Source: an uncultured Thermoleophilia bacterium
Lineage (GTDB): Bacteria > Actinomycetota > Thermoleophilia > Gaiellales > Gaiellaceae
Assembly: GCA_963722065.1 (NCBI GenBank)
Contig: CAVRMI010000007.1
Coordinates: 1,163,389-1,227,388 of the forward strand
DNA length: 64,000 bases
Direction of reading: 5' to 3'
The number at the start of each line of letters is the position of its first letter. Within the stretch, counting starts at the first letter, position 1. Both the position numbers and the translations under genes were made by a program. Below, one piece after another: positions 58,384-64,000 of the stretch. The notes under the pieces were generated by a model, which made no database searches, was not told where the DNA came from, and saw only the letters and a program-made list of their open reading frames with translations.

Positions 58384-59412
58384 TCAATAGGCCGTTACGA
58401 ACAGATCGCGGTGCGAGGTCACCCAGGAGACCAGCTCCTCGATTCCGGCGGGAGGGGCGGTCTTCGGCTTCCAGCCGAGCTCACGCTCGACTTTGCTGAG
58501 ATCGCTCACGTAGATGCGTTGATCGCCCGGCCGAGCCGGCGCAAAGGCAGGCTCGATCGGAGCGTCGAGGTGAGCGGAGAGGAGATCGAGGGCCTCGAGG
58601 AGCGACAACGAGTACTCGGGGCCACCGCCGACGTTGTAGATGCGGCCGCGGGCGACCTCGATCTGGTCGACGGTCGTTCCGAAGAGCTCGATCAGGTCCT
58701 CGACCCGGAGCACGTCGCGGATCTGCTTGCCGTCGCCGTAGATCGTGAACGGCTGGCCGGTCGCGGCGATGCAGAACCAGGCGATCCAGCCCTGGTCCTC
58801 GACGCCGAACTGGCGCGTCCCGTAGATGCACGACTGCCGGAAGACGACGGTCTTCAGGCCGATAGATCGCGGCGTAGTCGCGGACGTATTGGTCCGCGCC
58901 GCCCTTGGAGCAGCCGTAGGGGCTGTGGAAGTCGAGCGGCTCGTCCTCGGAGACGCCGGGGGGCAGCGTCCTCGTAGGCGTAGCGGCCGTCGCGCTCGAC
59001 GACGCGGACGTGCTCGAGGTTGCCGTAGACCTTGTTGGTCGAGCTGTAGAGGACGGCCGGCCGGCCGCGCGGCGGCGGTCCGGACCGCCTCGAGGACGTT
59101 GAGGGTCCCCAGGGCGTTGATCTCGAAGTCGGTGCGGGGGTCGGCGACGCTGGTGGTGACGGCGACCTGGGCGGCCAGGTGGTAGACGGTCTCGGCCTTG
59201 TCGACGAGCCCTTGCAGGGTCGACAGATCAGTGCGGATGTCTCCCCGAACGAATCGCACCTCCGGATGGTGGGTCTCCAACCAGGCGGCGTTCTGGTCGG
59301 CTCCTCGACGGGAGAGATCATCGAGCACGGCGACCTCCTCCCCCTGCTCGGCGAGACGCGTCGCGAGATTGACGCCGATGAAGCCGGCGCCGCCGATGAC
59401 GAGGTGGCTCAC
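58384..59412 (-). pseudogene. NAD-dependent sugar epimerase/dehydratase (SDR) with three indels
   Basis: VIGGAGFIGVNL is intact. The central catalytic part reads correctly only in other frames ([17 protein letters not shown]..., then [31 protein letters not shown]), and the main frame is regained at [11 protein letters not shown]. The indels sit at a CCGG repeat (~59.06 kb), a G6/C6 run (58958-58963) and ~58.86 kb. Confidence 0.7.
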
Positions 59413-60599
59413 GCCGTGCGCTCACGTTCGACCATGTGTGCTCCTTCTTGTTCGTATGGCAAAGATCCCGGCTGAGGCGACCTCGCGATGAAAGGCGACG
59501 ACACCGCAGCGCGGAACCGGTCGCTCGAGTACCGCGCGGCAAAGCGGCGAAGCGGCTCGAGATACCGGCCGACGCTCTGTTCCTTCGTGAGCTCCAACAT
59601 TGCCTCGCGCAGTGCCAGCGGATCCGCGCAGTCGACGGAGAGCCCGAGGCCGTGGAGACGCACCAGATGGCCCACAAGTCCCCGTTTGTGGGCGAGGACC
59701 GGAGTTCCTACAGCCGCTGCCTCGAGCAGCACGCGTGAAGCGGTGTAGTGGTTCAGGTAGGGAAGGAGCACGCAGCGGGCGGTGGCGATGACCCGCAGCC
59801 CTTCCTGCTCGGTGTGCCGGCGAAGCCGCAGTTCGACCTCGGCGCCTGCGCCTCGCATAGTCTCGACGTCTCTGTCGAGTGCGCGTCGGAAGCTCGGCTC
59901 GACCTCTCCCGCGAGCACGACGTGCAGCGAGGTTGGTGTGACGCTGACTGCGCGCGCAACCAGATCGAGCCCTTTTCGTGCAGCCAACGTTCCGTAGAGC
60001 AGGCAGCCGTCACGCTCAGCATCCGACTCGGGAAGTTGCCCGATCGGGGGCTCTGGCAGCCAGAACGCACGTCCGCGCCGCGACCATCGCCGCGCGGCTT
60101 CCTCGTCGAGCGTGAACAGCGCGTGCGCGTCGGGCCGCCGCTGCCACCGCCGGACAAGATGTTCGAGAAACCAGGCTCGGAGCAATTCGCGCGGCGCGAG
60201 CGGGCTCTCGTAGCTCGTCGGGTAGTGAGCTCGGGCGAAGAACACGCAGAGCGTGACCGGCATGGGAAGTGGCGGTCGCGAAACAAGGCGACGAATGACG
60301 GGGTCGGCGTAGAGATGAACGAGATGGTCACCGCCGGACTGAAGTGCGACTTCTTCGAACAGATCGAGCTCACGCTCGGCCAGTTGGCGATGTTGTGGAG
60401 CTAGCGGACGGTCGAAATCGACAAGTGGACGAGCCGCTCCGAGCGGAATCGAATCGACGTCGAGGTCTTCGATTTGTGCAAGCACCTCGTCCGGCAGCGC
60501 AACCGCCACGTCTGATTCGGGTGACAGCGCCGCTACGAACCGGCGTACGTAGACGGCGTGGTGGCCGCCGCTCGTCCAGTCGAAGAGCGTGATCTTCAT
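59409..60599 (-). CDS. Glycosyltransferase (GT-B fold, GT1/GT4-like)
   Basis: MKITLFDWTSGGHH...; C-terminal VLLPYLNHYTASRVLLEAAAVGTPVLAHKRGLVGHLV. ATGA and GTGA overlaps with the neighbouring genes. Confidence 0.8.
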   Translation of the reverse strand: MKITLFDWTSGGHHAVYVRRFVAALSPESDVAVALPDEVLAQIEDLDVDSIPLGAARPLVDFDRPLAPQHRQLAERELDLFEEVALQSGGDHLVHLYADPVIRRLVSRPPLPMPVTLCVFFARAHYPTSYESPLAPRELLRAWFLEHLVRRWQRRPDAHALFTLDEEAARRWSRRGRAFWLPEPPIGQLPESDAERDGCLLYGTLAARKGLDLVARAVSVTPTSLHVVLAGEVEPSFRRALDRDVETMRGAGAEVELRLRRHTEQEGLRVIATARCVLLPYLNHYTASRVLLEAAAVGTPVLAHKRGLVGHLVRLHGLGLSVDCADPLALREAMLELTKEQSVGRYLEPLRRFAARYSSDRFRAAVSSPFIARSPQPGSLPYEQEGAHMVERERTA

Positions 60600-62044
60600 G
60601 CCCCGACTCCGTGATCGAGTCCCTCAAGCCGACGGGCGATCTCGACACAGGCGACCAGTCCGACAACAACGGGAGTGGCGTTGTCGACGGTCAGGTGCGG
60701 GCCGGTCAGCGAAAGGATGAGGACTGCGACAAGCGATCCGAGAGTCGCAAGTAGCACCATCCGCGCACGTGGATCGAACGCATCACGGTAACCGCGGTAC
60801 GCGAGCCAGCAGACTCGTCCGAGCAGCACGACGAAAACGAGGGCAGCAAGGAGCCCGAGCTTGAGCGCGAACCAGATGTAGCTGTTGTGGATGTAGTACG
60901 TGCTGAACGTGTAGCCGTAGGCGTTGTAGTCCGACGAGAACATCGGGTTGGTGAACGTGATGCTGTTGCCCAGTCCGATACCGGCCAGGGGATGGTGCTC
61001 GATCTGCCTGGCAGCCTCGCTCCACTCCGCAAACCGATACCGGCTCGACACGTCACCGTGGAGCGCCCCGACCGACTGAAAGCGTTTCAAGCCGGCTGCC
61101 AGAGGATTTGCAACGCCGTGAGCGGAAACCGCATTGAAAGCAACGATTCCGCAAACCGCAACGGCGAGCAGCGCGACGAGCCAGCGCAGCGCCCGTCGTC
61201 GTCGACGGGGCGGGAGCATGACAATCACGATCGGCAGGACTGCGATCAGGGCGACCGACGCTCCTCTCGAAAACGTGAAGTACACGCCGGCGAACGCGAG
61301 CACCGCCAAACCAAGCGCGGCGGCCCTCGTCCGCCCGCTTCGGGCGTACGCAATCACAACCGGGGCCCAGACAAGTGCGATCAGCGGAGCGAGGTAGACG
61401 GTCGACTGGATGCGCAGCGCGCCACCTGTAAACGTCGCCGCACCGCCGTTGCCGTTCACATAGAGGACGATCGCAACACACGCGCTTGCCGCCGCCGCGA
61501 CGAACACCACAGTCAGCCCCCGCTCGAAATCGCGCCATGAGCGAACGCCGCTCACGAGTGGGAACACGAGGAGATACGAGAGGAGCGGACGCAGTTCCAG
61601 CAGGCTGAGTTTGAACGAGGAGCCCATTTCGTGGGCGGTGACAACACCGACGATCGCGAACGCGAGCATCAGGAGCACCAGCGCCGAGACCGAACGGCTT
61701 GGAAGCGGGAAGCGCGCGGGCTGTGTCGAACGGCCGGCGATCCATGCCCCCAGCGTCAGCACGAGCAGCACATCCGTGACCTTGAGGTTGCCACCGCCGA
61801 GCGGGAGCCCACGGTCGAAGAGCACCGATCGAGGGACGATCGATACGAGGACGATGATCAGCAGGGCGCCAAGTTCCGGTCTGCGAAGGATCACGCCGGC
61901 GACGAGGAGCAGCGCAAGAGCACCCGAGACGAGGATTGGTGATGTCGCCGTCAGCGCGAACGAGGTCGCTGCGGCGAGTGCGAGCAGGGCAACCGCTACG
62001 ACCGTCCGTTGGGTTGCTGACTGCGGAGTGGTCAGGTGTCGCAC
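60596..62044 (-). CDS. O-antigen ligase/polymerase family (Wzy_C) membrane protein
   Basis: Polytopic protein with a large loop containing YFTFSRGASVALI and HPLAGIGLGN (family-typical). GTG 62044 lies 1 nt after the upstream stop and is preceded by GAGGGGG. Confidence 0.8.
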   Translation of the reverse strand: MRHLTTPQSATQRTVVAVALLALAAATSFALTATSPILVSGALALLLVAGVILRRPELGALLIIVLVSIVPRSVLFDRGLPLGGGNLKVTDVLLVLTLGAWIAGRSTQPARFPLPSRSVSALVLLMLAFAIVGVVTAHEMGSSFKLSLLELRPLLSYLLVFPLVSGVRSWRDFERGLTVVFVAAAASACVAIVLYVNGNGGAATFTGGALRIQSTVYLAPLIALVWAPVVIAYARSGRTRAAALGLAVLAFAGVYFTFSRGASVALIAVLPIVIVMLPPRRRRRALRWLVALLAVAVCGIVAFNAVSAHGVANPLAAGLKRFQSVGALHGDVSSRYRFAEWSEAARQIEHHPLAGIGLGNSITFTNPMFSSDYNAYGYTFSTYYIHNSYIWFALKLGLLAALVFVVLLGRVCWLAYRGYRDAFDPRARMVLLATLGSLVAVLILSLTGPHLTVDNATPVVVGLVACVEIARRLEGLDHGVGA

Positions 62045-62045
62045 T

Positions 62046-63014
62046 TCAGCCCCCTCGAATGCCGCCGAAGGTGCCTCGAACTGCGGATAGGCCGAGCTTC
62101 GTCCAGATGCCCAGCCAAACCGCGACAGTGACGAGCCGCGACCGCTCGCCCGCCTGATGTGTGCGGTAGAAATGCCACATACCCCAGTGGAAGGCGTAGT
62201 TCTGGCGCCAGGGGCGACCTCCCGATGTGCTGCCACCCTTCGCGTGAATCACCTCGACCTCAGGCCAGTAGAGGATCGGCCAGCCCGCCCTCCAAAACCG
62301 AAAGCACCAGTCGAGGTCCTCCATGTAGAGCCAGTAGTCCTCGTCCATCGGACCAACCGCCTCTAATGCTTCACGACGCACGAGCATGAACGCCCCGTTG
62401 ACGGCATCGACGAGGCCAACCTCGTCCGGATCGAGCCAGCCGGCCGTGTACCGGGCGAAGCGGCGACTTCGCGGACGAACCCTGGTAAGCCCAACGAAAT
62501 GGTAGAGAGCCGACGAAGGCGTCGGAAATCCGCGCTTCGATGCATGGTCCAACTGACCATCGGGCCTTACCAGCTTGCACCCGAGCATTCCGATCTCGGG
62601 TCGTCGGTCGAGCTCGTTCACCGCCAGGACCAACGCGTTCGGCGGTACGACGGTATCCGGGTTGAGGTACAGAAGACGCTCCCCCCGGGCCACCCTCGTC
62701 GCGAGATTGTTCGCCTTGGCGAAACCCAAATTCCGTTCGCGGATCACAGTCTCGATCCACGGGAACTCTTCGTCGACCATCTCGAGCGTTCCGTCGGTGG
62801 AGCCATTGTCGACGAGCAGAACCTCGAGCTCGAGGCGGGACCGCTCCGAAGCGAGGGATGCAAGGCAGGCGCGAAGCAGCGTCCGGCACTCGTAACTCAC
62901 GATGATCACGGACAACGCCGGCAGGGAGAGGTGGCCTGCCGGCAGCGGCGCTTCGAACTTGGCGCCAGCGGAACCCTCGACCCGAGGCTCAGCTGGCGCC
63001 GGCACGAGCAGCAA
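62046..63014 (-). CDS. Glycosyltransferase family 2
   Basis: LSVIIVSYECRTLL...LLVDNGSTDGT...NLGFAKANN...LNPDT...YMEDLDWCFR. Intact. Confidence 0.85.
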   Translation of the reverse strand: MLLVPAPAEPRVEGSAGAKFEAPLPAGHLSLPALSVIIVSYECRTLLRACLASLASERSRLELEVLLVDNGSTDGTLEMVDEEFPWIETVIRERNLGFAKANNLATRVARGERLLYLNPDTVVPPNALVLAVNELDRRPEIGMLGCKLVRPDGQLDHASKRGFPTPSSALYHFVGLTRVRPRSRRFARYTAGWLDPDEVGLVDAVNGAFMLVRREALEAVGPMDEDYWLYMEDLDWCFRFWRAGWPILYWPEVEVIHAKGGSTSGGRPWRQNYAFHWGMWHFYRTHQAGERSRLVTVAVWLGIWTKLGLSAVRGTFGGIRGG

Positions 63015-64000
63015 GAGCCCTGAACGTCTTCGCGAGGATCAACAGGTCGAAGCGAAACGACCAGTTGGAGAGGTAGACCTTGTCGAGCCGCACCCGCTCG
63101 GCGTATGCGATGGACGAGCGGCCGTTGACCTGCCAGAGACCCGTCAGGCCGGGCCTCAAACCTGGAACCTCCCAGTACCCCCGTACGCCTGTCCACGGCC
63201 TGTCGCTACCTCCGCCGAGGACGAAGTGATCGTATTCAGCGACGGTTATCGGGCGAGGCCCAACAAGACTCAGACGGCCGCGCAGGACATCGAAGAACTG
63301 CGGCAACTCGTCGAGGGATGTCCGACGCAACCAGGAACCGATCCTCGTCACCCGCGGGTCGTTCCGGAGCTTGTGCGTCCGCTGAAACTCGAGATGAGCG
63401 TTAACCTCATTGAGCAAGCCAGGCAATTCGTCCTCGGCCCCATCACGCATCGTGCGGAACTTTGTCACCAGGAACCGCTGCCCCTCCGCACCTATCCGTT
63501 CGCTTCGAAAGAGAACCGGCCCCCTCGAATCGAGCTTCACGGCCAAAGCGGCGAGCGCGAAGATCGGCGAGAGCAGCACAAGGCACGAGAGCGAGACCAC
63601 GACGTCGAAAACACGCTTCGCCCGCGATTGGCCAGGCAGCGAAATCGGCGGGAGACCAAGCAACAACAACCCTTCGACGTCGTGGAGCTCCGCCTGTTCT
63701 CCAAGCAACTCGAACATCCGTGGGACGATGTCGACGCGCACCCCACGCGTGCGCAACGAGTGGACGAGGTCGAGTTGGTCATCGTCGCGTTGGCGGGAGT
63801 AACTGAGAACCACACGATCGACGCGCATTCGTCGGGTCAGCTCCCAAAACGCGTCGAGCGTCGAAAGGACCGGGACATCCGACAGCTCTGGAGCCAACCT
63901 GATCGGGTCGGGATCGAGGAAGCAGATCAGCTTCATCCCGTACTCGTCATGCGCCAGCATCTTCATGGCGACCATCTGGCCCGCCTCGCCGGCACCGGCG
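62989..64000 (-). CDS. Polyprenyl-phosphate glycosyl-1-phosphate (priming) transferase, intact paralog of 34205-35790 (5' end outside window)
   Basis: VFDVVVSLSCLVLLSPIFALAALAVKLDSRGPVLF...KFRTM...DELPQFFDVLRGRLSLVGPRP. The frame is still open at nt 64000 (…AGAGEAGQMVAMKML). Confidence 0.85.
   Translation of the reverse strand, partial: AGAGEAGQMVAMKMLAHDEYGMKLICFLDPDPIRLAPELSDVPVLSTLDAFWELTRRMRVDRVVLSYSRQRDDDQLDLVHSLRTRGVRVDIVPRMFELLGEQAELHDVEGLLLLGLPPISLPGQSRAKRVFDVVVSLSCLVLLSPIFALAALAVKLDSRGPVLFRSERIGAEGQRFLVTKFRTMRDGAEDELPGLLNEVNAHLEFQRTHKLRNDPRVTRIGSWLRRTSLDELPQFFDVLRGRLSLVGPRPITVAEYDHFVLGGGSDRPWTGVRGYWEVPGLRPGLTGLWQVNGRSSIAYAERVRLDKVYLSNWSFRFDLLILAKTFRALAARAGAS

Noticed and set aside
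34205-59412. Treating the many frame switches in polysaccharide genes as programmed recoding
   Set aside because: There are too many of them and they occur at heterogeneous sequences. Only the IS transposase site (32070-32084) has the expected slippery-run context and family precedent. The G6/C6 run in the epimerase is noted as a possible phase-variation tract only.

Overview
High-G+C bacterial chromosomal segment. The gene repertoire looks Actinomycetota-like (DUF1707, SARP/AfsR, LAL-type LuxR, BBE-type FAD oxidases), but the taxon is inference only. No rRNA, tRNA or CRISPR array was recognised.

Layout:
- 1-34 kb: redox and accessory enzymes (two BBE/FAD oxidases, GST, vanadium-haloperoxidase-like PAP2, MOSC-FNR-2Fe2S fusion, formyltransferase, M48 protease, GNAT). 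It also carries four large AAA/STAND+TPR-type regulators, one of which (cyclase-AAA-TPR) is heavily frameshifted. Also present are an XRE regulator beside a decayed toxin, a divergent hicA/hicB pair, and one IS5-family (IS427-like) element.
- 34.2-47.2 kb (locus A, + strand, visibly lower G+C): a polysaccharide locus with Wzz, BY-kinase, WecG/TagA, PIG-L deacetylase, GT4/GT2, Wzy-like and Wzx-like genes. It includes a strikingly AT-rich Sulfotransfer_2 gene and a dead cysNC.
- 47.2-51.4 kb: junk/island segment with an acyltransferase remnant, a beta-helix pseudogene and a tyrosine integrase.
- 51.4 to beyond 64 kb (locus B, mostly - strand): a second polysaccharide locus. It consists of translationally coupled glycosyltransferases, an O-antigen-ligase-like protein, an epimerase, a priming transferase, a secreted glycoside hydrolase and a flippase.

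Most unusual observations:
1. A ~240-bp structured repeat ending in a terminator-like hairpin, present twice (649-888 and 9471-9709). One copy abuts a truncated gene.
2. A strand-oriented, intergenic-only motif family with core CCAGGAGGCCG (more than 20 copies). It includes 22-nt and 47-nt perfect repeats and flips orientation beside the integrase.
3. Strong clustering of frameshifts in a few gene blocks, while long neighbouring genes are intact.
4. Hallmarks of a sulfated polysaccharide pathway of foreign origin.

All functional calls come from motif recognition by eye. No database search was run.
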